A stretch of 33,110 nt of DNA from a virus (Duplodnaviria > Caudoviricetes): IMG/VR virus record IMGVR_UViG_3300025018_002059, positions 1 through 33,110 of that record, one strand, 5' to 3'. Below, in pieces: positions 1-9,286 of the stretch. Numbering within the stretch: the stretch's first letter is position 1; every line of letters begins with the position of its first letter. The position numbers and the translations under genes are program-made. The notes under the pieces were generated by a model. The model ran no database searches, was not told the origin of the DNA, and saw only the letters and a program-made list of their open reading frames with translations.

Positions 1-2
1 TG

Positions 3-839
3 GCAAGTGGTACAGCTCCTGCTCCAGTTGCCGCTACCGGCACTATTTATACTGGCACGCAGACAGGCAACACCGAGCTCTACTACTTGGACTCGGACGG
101 TGCCTCTACGCAGGTTACGTCATCAGGCACCCCCAATGTTTGGGGCATTCTCGGAGCTTTAGGCACTATGCTTTCGGGGAGTGCGCCGGTCTGGGACGGC
201 ACTAAGCTCACCACTGGGTTTGTGGACTATTTTGACGACTACAGCCTACATTCTAGGTGGTCCGTTTATTCTGAGGGGGGTGCCGGCTCCTATATTACGG
301 AAGCCAGTACGCTTACGATGTATCACAGCTCCGCCGCCGCGGGTCCTCCATACCCGTCTATTTGGTGTGATATTGTACCCACTGCATACGTATACGCCGA
401 GGCGTACGTCCAGCATGATACTACCAATGATAATACAGCAGCAGGACTCGTTCTCTGGGACTACGACCCTGTTACAGAGTACGCAAACAAGTTTTCTATT
501 GATTTTATGCACTACGTCGGGCAGTGGCAGATAATGCTGCGCTCTTTTGGTAACAACGCTGAGGTAGTAAGACGTAATTTTGGAATCGGCGGTACAGGTG
601 CGGCCTGGATAAGGATTTATTCAACACCGTACGAAACGTATGGGGCGTACTCGCTGAACGCGTTCTCTGACTACCCAGGCGGCCAGGATTGGAATATAGT
701 ATATGGTGGCGCCCCAAATCAGGCCCCCAGCAATGGTAGGCTTATCACACCGAATAAGGTCCAGCTAGTGACAGGACAATGGACTGGCGCTGTCTATGCC
801 TTGGCACAGTGGAAGTACTTCAAACTTAGTTACGCCTAG
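3..839 (+). CDS. Probable tail fibre/virion structural protein, 5'-truncated
   Basis: The frame of ORF 87..839 is open back to position 3 (ASGTAPAPVAATGTIYTGTQTGNTELYYLDSDG), so the true start is outside the window. The C-terminal half is aromatic and beta-rich, lectin/ConA-like in character. Function is inference. Confidence 0.45.
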   Translation, partial: ASGTAPAPVAATGTIYTGTQTGNTELYYLDSDGASTQVTSSGTPNVWGILGALGTMLSGSAPVWDGTKLTTGFVDYFDDYSLHSRWSVYSEGGAGSYITEASTLTMYHSSAAAGPPYPSIWCDIVPTAYVYAEAYVQHDTTNDNTAAGLVLWDYDPVTEYANKFSIDFMHYVGQWQIMLRSFGNNAEVVRRNFGIGGTGAAWIRIYSTPYETYGAYSLNAFSDYPGGQDWNIVYGGAPNQAPSNGRLITPNKVQLVTGQWTGAVYALAQWKYFKLSYA

Positions 840-851
840 GAGGCCCCTATA

Positions 852-3392
852 GTGACTTGGGGAGCATCAGTCTGGGGTTCTAGCGCGTGGGCTGCAGCGG
901 GAGGGGCCTGGGGCTCCGGCACGTGGGGTTCCGGAGCTTGGGGTTCGTCTGGTAGCGGCGGCGCTGCACCAGCCCCTCCAGATGACTTAGCTACTCTAAA
1001 AAGCCTGATGGCTGCCTATTCGTTCGGCCCGTCTACGCCACCTAAAAGTTGGGTAAGAGATAGCTCCTCAATTTCTGCATCCATTCTTCCTTTTGCTTTT
1101 ACTGACATGCAAACGTCTGTAGTGGCAGTTGGGGGCGTATCACTACAAGCTTATATTGTAGCTGTTGTAGGCAACTTGACTGCCTCCATCTTCAGTGTGG
1201 CTTACTCTGCGCTTTCAGCGACAGGCGGTGGGCATTATCCTGCTGCGCTGTCTGCGGCTATTGGAAGCATACCCCCCTCCCACATAAACGCCTTTGTTAG
1301 AGCGTACTACGCAGGCACCCCAGCTGCTATGGGTGCCACTGCTACTGCGGCGGGGTACTGGGGGTCCTTCACAGCGGTTATCAGGTCGACTGGCCCGGGC
1401 TCTAGTGACTTTGGGGCATCGGTGTTTGCTTGGCTAGAGTTGAATATGCCAGCGGTGATATCTGGGTGGGAAAGCAGCAGCTTGCCCGCCAGCATCTCCC
1501 ATAACTACAGGGGGCCAGACTTACGCGCGCTTATCCGCCCGCACAAGGCTGGGTATATTGATATGGGGGTCTTTTTACGCCCGGCGTCTGCCGGAGCCAT
1601 AGGCGTATCTGCGTTTATTAGGCCAGTCATTAGCGCACATACTGGACCGAAGCAGCGCAACATGGGCTATTGGAAAAGGCCGTTTCTATCCAACAAGGTG
1701 GTGATAGGGACTCGAGGTGGAATTACGTTCCTGACTCCTGAGGCTATTTACTCCTACTCCCCGGACCTAGCAGCTACTATTCAGGGTCAGCCGTTTATAG
1801 CATCCAACATATCCGCGTTTCTACGGGCGTACACTGCAGCGTCGTCAACCATGCCGTCAGGTATCTTCGGCGTGACCCCAAAGGTGTACGTCAACAAGGT
1901 CATGCTGAATTACACCTTGTTCAAGATGCTGAAGGCTTCTATAACGAAGGTTGGGGGCCACGTACCATTACGTACTAGCATCAAATCGATACAGCGTGGT
2001 GTGACTGGTACTTCTGCGGAGGGAGGCTTTAGAAGTACGTACGCAGTCTCCGGCGCGGTGTTATTTGGTGAGGGGGGCCTAGTAATCTTGCCTTCCACTA
2101 CTTCATCGATAAAACGCAGCTCTTTTTTGAATAGCCACCACTCCCCAGATTTACACGCTGTACTAACAGCGTGGGCGACAGCAGGACTTTCTGCTAGCAT
2201 AAAGTCGTACCCCAGTGCTTCCATAGGTGCAGCTGTGCGAGTATTGGATTGGTCTAGGGTATCCCACTTTCCCGCGGTGATACAGAGCCAGACGCCTTCT
2301 TCCGTAACTGCGTCCATATCTTCTACCGGGTGGTTAGAAGCTCTGTCGGCCAGTGTTTCAGCCGTGGGCGCTGTTGCGTCTTTTCCTGCTATTATCGTTG
2401 GTTACCCAGAGGTGTTAGGTAGGGAGTTCGTGGCGGTACACACCAAACCATTTTCCACGATGGCGGCGTACATAAACTATGACCAGACTTTCTCCTGCAG
2501 CAGGGCCAGCGAGGCCATTCCTCTCTCGGCGCGTATCTCCACCTGGTACGCAGGGGTTGGTGACCTCTCAGTAAGCATTATAGCGCAGCGGGGCGAGGCT
2601 GGCCTAGCAGCGACTATTATGGGCCGTAAGCGTGTGATGCTGAAGTTCCTTGATGTTTACTACCGTACTTCGACCCGCGGCTCGGTAGGTATGCCAGCGC
2701 ACATCACCGGATGGAAGAGAGAGGTAGAGTCAGACTTTGGGGCCACTCTTGTTGGTAAGTCTCACGAGGTGGATATCGCTGCGGGTATTACTGGCATTAG
2801 GCTGCGGACTAGCTCAACAATGACAGCAAAGGATGTTTTGCTAGTTGATGTTCGTCGTCCCGAGAATAGAATTACTGCCGAGGTACTGTTCGCTTCTGGC
2901 GTTTCGTCCTACATATATGATGCGGTTCGCGGGGCAGTATACAGCATGGACACTTCAGAGGAGTGGGCCGTGCTTGTTCAAGAGCAGCGGGTTGTAAGTT
3001 CATTTTTTGATAGGCCGGCAGACCTCAAGTCTAGGCAGATTTCTATTGTAGCCGACTACGATTCGTTTGATGAGGCAGTTCGCGCGGCTCTAGACAGTAT
3101 GGCTTCTCTTCCAAGCGTGGACTTTGGAGCGTCAATTTCAGCAGGAGGTGCCTCGAGCAATTTTACTGCCAGTATATATAGCGATACAGCGGATACAGTA
3201 GCAAACTTAGGCGCTCGCATATATGAGGTCAGGACGATACCGGACATTACTGCAACGCTTGTAGCGGCGGGAGCCATCACATCATTTTTTGCCTCAGTTA
3301 AGTCGCTGGAAGCAGGGGACTTCTCGCTACAGACCTCTGTTACAGGGTGGGCGGGTACTGAATTGTTGGCGTCCGTTACGGTTGTTCCGTAG
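852..3392 (+). CDS. Large Ala/Ser-rich repeat protein, probably virion structural
   Basis: 846 aa with SD GGAGG after the upstream TAG. N-terminal WG repeats and many [SD]-[LMF]-x-A-x-[IV] units; no catalytic motif recognised. Confidence 0.45.
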   Translation: MTWGASVWGSSAWAAAGGAWGSGTWGSGAWGSSGSGGAAPAPPDDLATLKSLMAAYSFGPSTPPKSWVRDSSSISASILPFAFTDMQTSVVAVGGVSLQAYIVAVVGNLTASIFSVAYSALSATGGGHYPAALSAAIGSIPPSHINAFVRAYYAGTPAAMGATATAAGYWGSFTAVIRSTGPGSSDFGASVFAWLELNMPAVISGWESSSLPASISHNYRGPDLRALIRPHKAGYIDMGVFLRPASAGAIGVSAFIRPVISAHTGPKQRNMGYWKRPFLSNKVVIGTRGGITFLTPEAIYSYSPDLAATIQGQPFIASNISAFLRAYTAASSTMPSGIFGVTPKVYVNKVMLNYTLFKMLKASITKVGGHVPLRTSIKSIQRGVTGTSAEGGFRSTYAVSGAVLFGEGGLVILPSTTSSIKRSSFLNSHHSPDLHAVLTAWATAGLSASIKSYPSASIGAAVRVLDWSRVSHFPAVIQSQTPSSVTASISSTGWLEALSASVSAVGAVASFPAIIVGYPEVLGREFVAVHTKPFSTMAAYINYDQTFSCSRASEAIPLSARISTWYAGVGDLSVSIIAQRGEAGLAATIMGRKRVMLKFLDVYYRTSTRGSVGMPAHITGWKREVESDFGATLVGKSHEVDIAAGITGIRLRTSSTMTAKDVLLVDVRRPENRITAEVLFASGVSSYIYDAVRGAVYSMDTSEEWAVLVQEQRVVSSFFDRPADLKSRQISIVADYDSFDEAVRAALDSMASLPSVDFGASISAGGASSNFTASIYSDTADTVANLGARIYEVRTIPDITATLVAAGAITSFFASVKSLEAGDFSLQTSVTGWAGTELLASVTVVP

Positions 3393-3439
3393 GTTTTTGT
3401 ATTACTAGTAGGGTGTAGCTTTAGCCAGGAGATGATTTA

Positions 3440-4573
3440 ATGAAGTTTACTGTTAGTGCGGCCGATGCCCGCGGTGTCGTGGCTTTGGTCAAAGATGTGG
3501 TGCCTTCCAAGGCGGTTACGCAGGAGGCAACTGGGATTTTGGTACAGGCCCGTGATACTGGTCTGATTTTAACAGCGGTAGGCGCAGAGATGTTCATCAC
3601 TGCCAACTGCCCGGCAAAGGTTTCTGAGGAAGGCACGTTTTGTGTGAACGGGTATGTTCTATCTGATGTGGTTTCTTCTTTTACACCGCTTGACGAGAAG
3701 AAAGGCGTTGGTACCAGCGACCTTTCGTTTGAGTTGGATGTGCGTTCCAGGGTTGTGCTTATTAAGGCCAAGACCAAGTATGGGTCTAAGACCGTGAATC
3801 ATAAGCGCAAGGTACCCTTACTAGATGCAGATATGTTCCCTGCTATCCCGAAGTTCGCACCGGATAACTCCTTCAGTTTTCCTCCGCTTACATTGAAGCG
3901 TGGCGTAGAATCTACGTACCCAGCCGTATCAGCAGGTCTTTCGGATGCTATTGGTGGGCTACATCTGCGCGTTTCCGGGGGAATATTTACCTCAGTTGGT
4001 ACTGATACGCTGAAGTTGTCAGAGTACGAGGAGGCAGTGCCTGGTGTGCAGGATTTCTCAGTAATCGTACCGCCGCGTTTTGCTCTGAAGGCAGCTAAGT
4101 GTATTTCCACTGATACCTCCGAGGTTACGGTTGCTGTTACGAAGAACATTTTTTGGGTGGCGGTACCCGGAGTTACAGTGGGAGGGGTTACTATTCGAGG
4201 TAGCTACCCGGACTACAAGGCCCTACTAATGCCTTCCAAGATGACACTTGTAGTTGACAGGAAGGTCCTGCTTGATAACATTAGCAATCTTGACTACGGT
4301 TCGTTCGAAGACAATCGCGTCACAATGAAACTAACGCCGGGTTCGTTGGTGACGGCAACTAGTATGGCGGAGAATGAGTCTATCGACGTTGAGTTTGCTT
4401 CATCATTTCAGCTTTCATTCGACCTTCTACACCTAAGCTCGGTAGTAAAGAACACCCCGGGAGAGGCCATTGAGGTTGGTTTTGTAGCACCTGATAAGCC
4501 CGCTACATTCCGAGGCGTTGGGGAAGGCTCGATTAAGCAGGTCTCTACCATTCTCATGGCTATGAAGGACTAG
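3440..4573 (+). CDS. dnaN: DNA polymerase III beta subunit (sliding clamp), divergent
   Basis: 377 aa. MKFTV start, EEGTFCV, MFPAIP, VGTDTLKL (cf. ATDGHRL), GSYPDYKAL (cf. GxFPDYxxV), PDKPATF and C-terminal ILMAMK (cf. VVMPMR). SD AGGAG. Confidence 0.88.
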   Translation: MKFTVSAADARGVVALVKDVVPSKAVTQEATGILVQARDTGLILTAVGAEMFITANCPAKVSEEGTFCVNGYVLSDVVSSFTPLDEKKGVGTSDLSFELDVRSRVVLIKAKTKYGSKTVNHKRKVPLLDADMFPAIPKFAPDNSFSFPPLTLKRGVESTYPAVSAGLSDAIGGLHLRVSGGIFTSVGTDTLKLSEYEEAVPGVQDFSVIVPPRFALKAAKCISTDTSEVTVAVTKNIFWVAVPGVTVGGVTIRGSYPDYKALLMPSKMTLVVDRKVLLDNISNLDYGSFEDNRVTMKLTPGSLVTATSMAENESIDVEFASSFQLSFDLLHLSSVVKNTPGEAIEVGFVAPDKPATFRGVGEGSIKQVSTILMAMKD

Positions 4574-4574
4574 A

Positions 4575-5192
4575 TTGACACCAGCACTCCCATTTGCTGA
4601 AGGTGCGCAGGCAGCAAGGGTAGCCGAGGCTATCGCACTGCTGCAAGAGCATGGGTACAGGGTTACCCCGCCTCCTCCCAGTGTCGGTAGTGTTACTAAG
4701 ATAGCAGATGTGATAGAGCTATTCTATACGACGATGTCGTATTACCACCCAGGCAGGAAGATGCATTATGCCGCTTCGGCGGCCGATAGGCAGGTAATCT
4801 CGTCGTTGCTTTCCTCTAGGCAAGCAACAGGCCTCTCTAGAAAGAGGGCCTACTCCGAGGTTTGTCGTATAATTAAGGCCTTATTCAAATATGAGCAGCG
4901 CCTTGCCCTGGATAGCCCAATTGCATCTGTGCGTATTCTAAGCAGTTCGTGGATTATAGATAGGGTACTGTCTTTTTTGAATGGTGAGGACAAGTCTGAA
5001 GAAGAAGCTTCTTTTTCTAGGGTGTCTTCTTCTTTTAGTTCTAAGTACGTACAGTCTGAAGAGTACCTAAGTAAAACAGGGCAGCTGCTAGACAGCATGC
5101 ACGAGAGGGTAGTTACAAATGGCAGCAAAAGCAGCAAACAAAAACGTCCAGGAGGAATCCCCCACCCTAAAGGCAGCCGAAGCGGCAATTAG
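4575..5192 (+). CDS. Hypothetical protein
   Basis: Fills the gap between dnaN and recA on the same strand. TTG start is uncertain; overlaps recA by 74 nt. Confidence 0.6.
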   Translation: MTPALPFAEGAQAARVAEAIALLQEHGYRVTPPPPSVGSVTKIADVIELFYTTMSYYHPGRKMHYAASAADRQVISSLLSSRQATGLSRKRAYSEVCRIIKALFKYEQRLALDSPIASVRILSSSWIIDRVLSFLNGEDKSEEEASFSRVSSSFSSKYVQSEEYLSKTGQLLDSMHERVVTNGSKSSKQKRPGGIPHPKGSRSGN

Positions 5193-6174
5193 GAAGAAGT
5201 TTGGTGAGGGTGCTGTGATATATATGTCACAGTATGCTAAGAAGGCGCCGGGGGTTGTAAAGTCTGGGTCTATCGGGCTGGATTACGCGCTTGGTGTCGG
5301 TGGCTTTACCCGCGGTAAGATGGTCGAGTTTTTTGGGACGCCGGGGTCTGGAAAGACCACACTTGCGTGGAGTATCGCGGCCTCTGCTCTGCAGCAGTTT
5401 CCCGATAAGAAGGTGTTGTACATCGACGCAGAAAAGTCGTCTGCCGTATCGTTGATTGACGCCATGGGTGTGGATAGGTCTAAGGTTGTTATGGTAAACG
5501 CCGAGACCGCCGAGCAGAACCTAGATATTGGAGAGACGCTTATCAAGACAGGTGCGTTCTCTGTAGCTATTGTAGACTCTGTAGCGGCTTTAGTACCGCG
5601 GGCGGAGTATGAGGCTACGATGGAGGACCAGCAGATTGGCCTGCACGCTCGGCTGATGTCTAAGATGTGCCGTAACTACAAGCCTGTAATCAACACCACA
5701 GATACGTTGCTGGTACTGATAAACCAGATTAGGCAGAAGATTACAACTTACGGGGACCCCGATACTACCACAGGGGGTAATGCGATTCCTTTCTACTGTG
5801 ATATCAGAGTAAAGGTTAGTACGTCACATACCAAGAAGAACCTTATTCGGGACCCTACGACAGGCGACGTGATTGGCCAGCCTGTTACGTTCTACATTGT
5901 GAAGAACAAGCTATGGCCCCCGTTTCGACAAGCTGACGTTGACTTAATGTTTGGAAAGGGGTTTGATACTGCCGGCGAGCTTGTCGAGCTAGGGGAGCAA
6001 ATGGGGCTGGTAGTGCGCAGCGGGGCCTGGTATGAGTACGAGGGTACTCGAGTCCAGGGCAAAGCAGCCTTGGTAGAGAAGCTGAGCACCGAGGTCGAGC
6101 TCGCTGCCTCCCTGTCCAAGGATATCTACGCTGTATTAGGCGCGTCCAGGAAGTCGGGAGGCTTGGGTGAGTAA
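5119..6174 (+). CDS. recA: RecA recombinase
   Basis: SGSIGLDYALGVGG, Walker A GTPGSGKTT, YIDAE, IVDSVAALVPRAE, GLHARLMS, INQIR, TTGGNA, VKNK, SGAWY. Confidence 0.97.
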   Translation: MAAKAANKNVQEESPTLKAAEAAIRKKFGEGAVIYMSQYAKKAPGVVKSGSIGLDYALGVGGFTRGKMVEFFGTPGSGKTTLAWSIAASALQQFPDKKVLYIDAEKSSAVSLIDAMGVDRSKVVMVNAETAEQNLDIGETLIKTGAFSVAIVDSVAALVPRAEYEATMEDQQIGLHARLMSKMCRNYKPVINTTDTLLVLINQIRQKITTYGDPDTTTGGNAIPFYCDIRVKVSTSHTKKNLIRDPTTGDVIGQPVTFYIVKNKLWPPFRQADVDLMFGKGFDTAGELVELGEQMGLVVRSGAWYEYEGTRVQGKAALVEKLSTEVELAASLSKDIYAVLGASRKSGGLGE

Positions 6175-6511
6175 GATAGCAGACGAGGTATTGGATTTCA
6201 TCAAATCTAACCTCGGCCTGTACATAGTCAAGAAGGAGCACTACGTATCTTACAGGGGGGTTAAGCTGTTCTTTGATTTTTTCCTGCCCGAGCTTGGCCT
6301 GCTTGTAGAGGTCCAGGGTGAGCAGCACGATAGGTTTGTCCCTCACTTTCATGTGGACAGAGAAGGTTTTCTGGCCTATAAGAAGAGGGACCGGTTGAAG
6401 AAAGAGTGGGCAACTCAGCAGGGACTGACGCTGCTGGAACTAAGAAAGCAGGATTTAAAGGGTATGACCACAGCAAAGTTTTTTGAACTTGCGGGGCTAG
6501 GCAATGAGTGA
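6167..6511 (+). CDS. Vsr/DUF559-like endonuclease
   Basis: FFDFFLP..LLVEVQGEQH..F..HFH, RDRLKKEW, LLEL: the typical DUF559-type motif order. Confidence 0.75.
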   Translation: MSKIADEVLDFIKSNLGLYIVKKEHYVSYRGVKLFFDFFLPELGLLVEVQGEQHDRFVPHFHVDREGFLAYKKRDRLKKEWATQQGLTLLELRKQDLKGMTTAKFFELAGLGNE

Positions 6512-6992
6512 GTCTATGATAAAAGTAGGGGTGCTTGCTGCTGAACTGATGCTGGATAGCTGTACTCCGCACAAAGGGCTTCTAGAAAAAGCATTGGCAT
6601 TTGACGCTAACACAATTGACTCTTTAGCAGACGACGACTTAGCTAAGTTCGTGCTTGTAATGGCTCAGTATATTGTGATGTTAAAATATCGCGAGAATGA
6701 GATTACAGTTCGCAAGATTGAGTACACAAGGATGGTTGAGGCTCTTGCCGCCGCCGCCATCCATCAACGTGATTGGAAAACCAATACCCCGCTGAAGCAG
6801 AAGATTCTTGAGGTTTCTGTATCCGACCCGCTTATCAGGGACACCATGGATAGCCGCGACCAGGCTGAGGCTGAGCAGGCCCTGCTATCTGGTATGGTGA
6901 ACGTTTTCACAGAGTACCTCAACGCGTATAAGAAAGAACAATCAAGAAGGTTTGGGCACCTACAGACTCCTTACGTGCCTGTAGAGAGGTAG
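6504..6992 (+). CDS. Hypothetical helical protein (possible UvsY-like recombination mediator)
   Basis: 162 aa, apparently all-helical, between recA and dnaB. The UvsY analogy rests on size and context only. Confidence 0.45.
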   Translation: MSESMIKVGVLAAELMLDSCTPHKGLLEKALAFDANTIDSLADDDLAKFVLVMAQYIVMLKYRENEITVRKIEYTRMVEALAAAAIHQRDWKTNTPLKQKILEVSVSDPLIRDTMDSRDQAEAEQALLSGMVNVFTEYLNAYKKEQSRRFGHLQTPYVPVER

Positions 6993-6999
6993 GGTTACG

Positions 7000-8424
7000 A
7001 TGAAGAGCGGCCCAGTTATTTTCGAGGACCCAGGAGCAGAACGAGCAGTTCTAGCTGTTGTTGTCACTGTGCCAGAGGCAATCATAGATGTAGAGGCAAG
7101 TGTTGAGGAGACAGACTTCATAACACCACACAATAGGGCTCTTTTTACTGTACTCAAAAGTCTATATGTGTCCGATGGCGTCTCTAGGTTCGACCTAACT
7201 TCCGTAGTCGGACGCGCCACCCAGTACGATATGCTGGAAGAGTGTGGTGGCTATGAGTACATCGAGTCTTTGTTTAGGATGAGGGTTTCCAGAGAGAACC
7301 TAGAGATGTTTGTCAAGCACGTAGTAGAGAGCAGCACGAAGAAGGCGCTATACGATAAGCTTTCTGAGGCTCGGGAAGAAGTAGCTAGAAATGTTAGCGG
7401 GCCGCTGGCCAAGGACTCCACCACATTGATACACGAGGCAGACAGAAGCCTGACATCGGTGTTAGTAAAGTCAAAGATGGCAGATGATGTTGTTAACATT
7501 GGCGATGGTATTTTTGAGTTCCTAGATGAGCTTGAATCTATTGAAACTCCTGTACTGGGGCTATCAACAGGTTTTGACGCCCTGGATAAGAGAATCAACG
7601 GCCTAGTGCCTGGAAGCCTGACTATCTTAGTTGCTAGGCCTAAGACAGGTAAGTCCACATTGCTCATGGGCTGGGCTAAGAACATCTGCTATGCGTCTAC
7701 GAACCCCGTGCCCCTGTTATATATTGATACTGAGATGTCGACCAAAGAGGTGCGTTCTAGGATGCTCTCGACTTTGTCTGGTGTCAAAGAGCGCTTGATA
7801 TCAAACGGGTCGTACAAGAACAATGATGACAGCCGTGATAGAGTGCGTAAGGCCGCTGAGATTATGGCCGCCGGCCAGTTTTACCATAAGTATGTGCCAG
7901 GCGTGACAGTAGACCAGGTAGTAAGCTTATCCAAGAAGTACTACGTAAACCACGGGATTGGCGCTGTTTTCTTCGATTACGTCAAGGTGACTGACACCAG
8001 CCAGCTTGCAAACATCAAAGAGCACCAGCTTTTGGGTAACATAGCTTCTGGGCTGAAGGATTTGGCTGGAGAGCTTGCTATTCCTGTGGTTACTGCGGCT
8101 CAGATTGGAAGGTCTGGTGCTAACACTGGGTATCTTAGGGCCGATATGATTGCAGACTCTGACAGGCTCCTCCGCTACTGCAACACCTTACTTGGGTTGT
8201 GTAGGAAGTCTGCTGAAGAGCTGGCAAAGGTGAAAGAAACAGATGGTCAGGAGGCGTATGATAGGTTTATTCGTATGAACGGGATGCATCGACTTCAGGT
8301 TTTAGAAACTCGTGCGGGTGGTACTCTGTTTGAGGGTATCAACATCGCATCTGCGCTGGATACACTGTCATTCTGGCAGGCTGATTTTCAGCCAGCGCAC
8401 GTTTATGAGGACGACGACTCTTAG
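7000..8424 (+). CDS. dnaB: Replicative DnaB-family helicase
   Basis: N-domain AERAVL..DF..H..LF; GLSTGFDALD; Walker A ARPKTGKS; YIDTEM; FFDY; LKDLAGELAIPVVTAAQ; ADSD. Confidence 0.95.
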   Translation: MKSGPVIFEDPGAERAVLAVVVTVPEAIIDVEASVEETDFITPHNRALFTVLKSLYVSDGVSRFDLTSVVGRATQYDMLEECGGYEYIESLFRMRVSRENLEMFVKHVVESSTKKALYDKLSEAREEVARNVSGPLAKDSTTLIHEADRSLTSVLVKSKMADDVVNIGDGIFEFLDELESIETPVLGLSTGFDALDKRINGLVPGSLTILVARPKTGKSTLLMGWAKNICYASTNPVPLLYIDTEMSTKEVRSRMLSTLSGVKERLISNGSYKNNDDSRDRVRKAAEIMAAGQFYHKYVPGVTVDQVVSLSKKYYVNHGIGAVFFDYVKVTDTSQLANIKEHQLLGNIASGLKDLAGELAIPVVTAAQIGRSGANTGYLRADMIADSDRLLRYCNTLLGLCRKSAEELAKVKETDGQEAYDRFIRMNGMHRLQVLETRAGGTLFEGINIASALDTLSFWQADFQPAHVYEDDDS

Positions 8425-8432
8425 GAGTCAAT

Positions 8433-8449
8433 TATGGTGTCGCACCATA
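8433..8449 (+). promoter_or_regulatory. 7-bp hairpin abutting the SD of the putative holin
   Basis: TATGGTG-TCG-CACCATA is a perfect inverted repeat, immediately followed by GGAGG (8450-8454). Confidence 0.5.
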
Positions 8450-8463
8450 GGAGGATAGAATAA
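8434..8463 (+). CDS. Putative 9-aa leader mini-ORF (MVSHHRRIE)
   Basis: Own SD AGGAG at 8423-8427, ATG at 8434. Its TAA (8461-8463) overlaps the next ATG (TAATG). Confidence 0.35.
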   Translation: MVSHHRRIE

Positions 8464-8903
8464 TGAGTAGCTGGCTTCCGTGGCTTATTTCGGGTGGCGT
8501 AGTTTTGGTTCTTGGTGCTCTGGGGTTCGTATATTTCAAGTTCCTGCGCACGAAGACCCAAGTAAACGCTATGGTTAGTATGGCTGGTAAGATGGTTGCA
8601 GCAATCGCCGCCGTTCTTCCGGACGACAAGGACAAGCTCGATGCGCACGACGTCGTGCTAGTAGTAGGCCTTCTTGCTGAGGAAATGCCTAAGTGGGTAG
8701 ATGACCCCGCTAACGCAGAGTTCTCGGACCTGAAGGATGAGCTTCTTGCTTTCGTAGAGGCCCAGCGCACGGTAATCCCGCAGCTGGCATCTCTGCCTAA
8801 GGAGACCTTGGAGATGGTAGCGAAGGTACTTTTCGATATCGCGAAGGCCCTGCTTCCAGCAGCGCCGGCGGCTCCTGCCGCGCCGACTGAACCCACCGCG
8901 TAG
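8463..8903 (+). CDS. Single-pass membrane protein, putative holin
   Basis: N-terminal TM (WLISGGVVLVLGALGFVYF) followed by a basic patch and amphipathic helices; directly upstream of a spanin-like pair. Confidence 0.4.
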   Translation: MSSWLPWLISGGVVLVLGALGFVYFKFLRTKTQVNAMVSMAGKMVAAIAAVLPDDKDKLDAHDVVLVVGLLAEEMPKWVDDPANAEFSDLKDELLAFVEAQRTVIPQLASLPKETLEMVAKVLFDIAKALLPAAPAAPAAPTEPTA

Positions 8904-8913
8904 CTTTAACGGT

Positions 8914-8938
8914 CCGGGTGGCGCTTGGCGCCACCCGG
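8914..8938. promoter_or_regulatory. Perfect 11-bp GC-rich intergenic hairpin
   Basis: CCGGGTGGCGC-TTG-GCGCCACCCGG. No U-tract follows on either strand, so it is not a canonical intrinsic terminator. Confidence 0.65.
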
Positions 8939-8956
8939 CTCACAAAAGAGGGTTAC

Positions 8957-9286
8957 ATGACTTACTTTCTTATCATTAGCATCGTCGTGGTAATTGCAGG
9001 CGGCGTTGCCTTGGGTTTTTGGATTGCGGCCGAGCGTAAGAAGAGGTACGAGGCAGAGCTTTCCCTATCCGCAATGAAGGCAGAGCTCGACAAAGGGGTG
9101 GTGCTGTCTACTGAGCTGCAGCGGGTTGTTGTCGAGCGGGATGCGGAGATTGCCAGGCTAAATCAATCCATCGCTGACAAGAATGCTTATCTCAACAAGC
9201 TGCTAGCATCGCTGGATGGTAACCTAAGCAAGGAGGCTCTCGACCTGCTCCTAGAGGAAGCGAGCAAAGAGGAGGTAGTCGGATGA
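8957..9286 (+). CDS. Putative inner-membrane spanin (Rz-like)
   Basis: ATG 8957 with SD GAGGG is preferred over GTG 8918, which lies inside the hairpin. N-terminal TM then coiled coil; ATGA overlap with a lipoprotein gene. Confidence 0.55.
   Translation: MTYFLIISIVVVIAGGVALGFWIAAERKKRYEAELSLSAMKAELDKGVVLSTELQRVVVERDAEIARLNQSIADKNAYLNKLLASLDGNLSKEALDLLLEEASKEEVVG

Noticed and set aside
3393-3439. Possible promoter/terminator at the structural-to-replication boundary (TACTAGTA palindrome, short T-run)
   Set aside because: No convincing -35/-10 pair or stable hairpin; cannot be supported from sequence alone.
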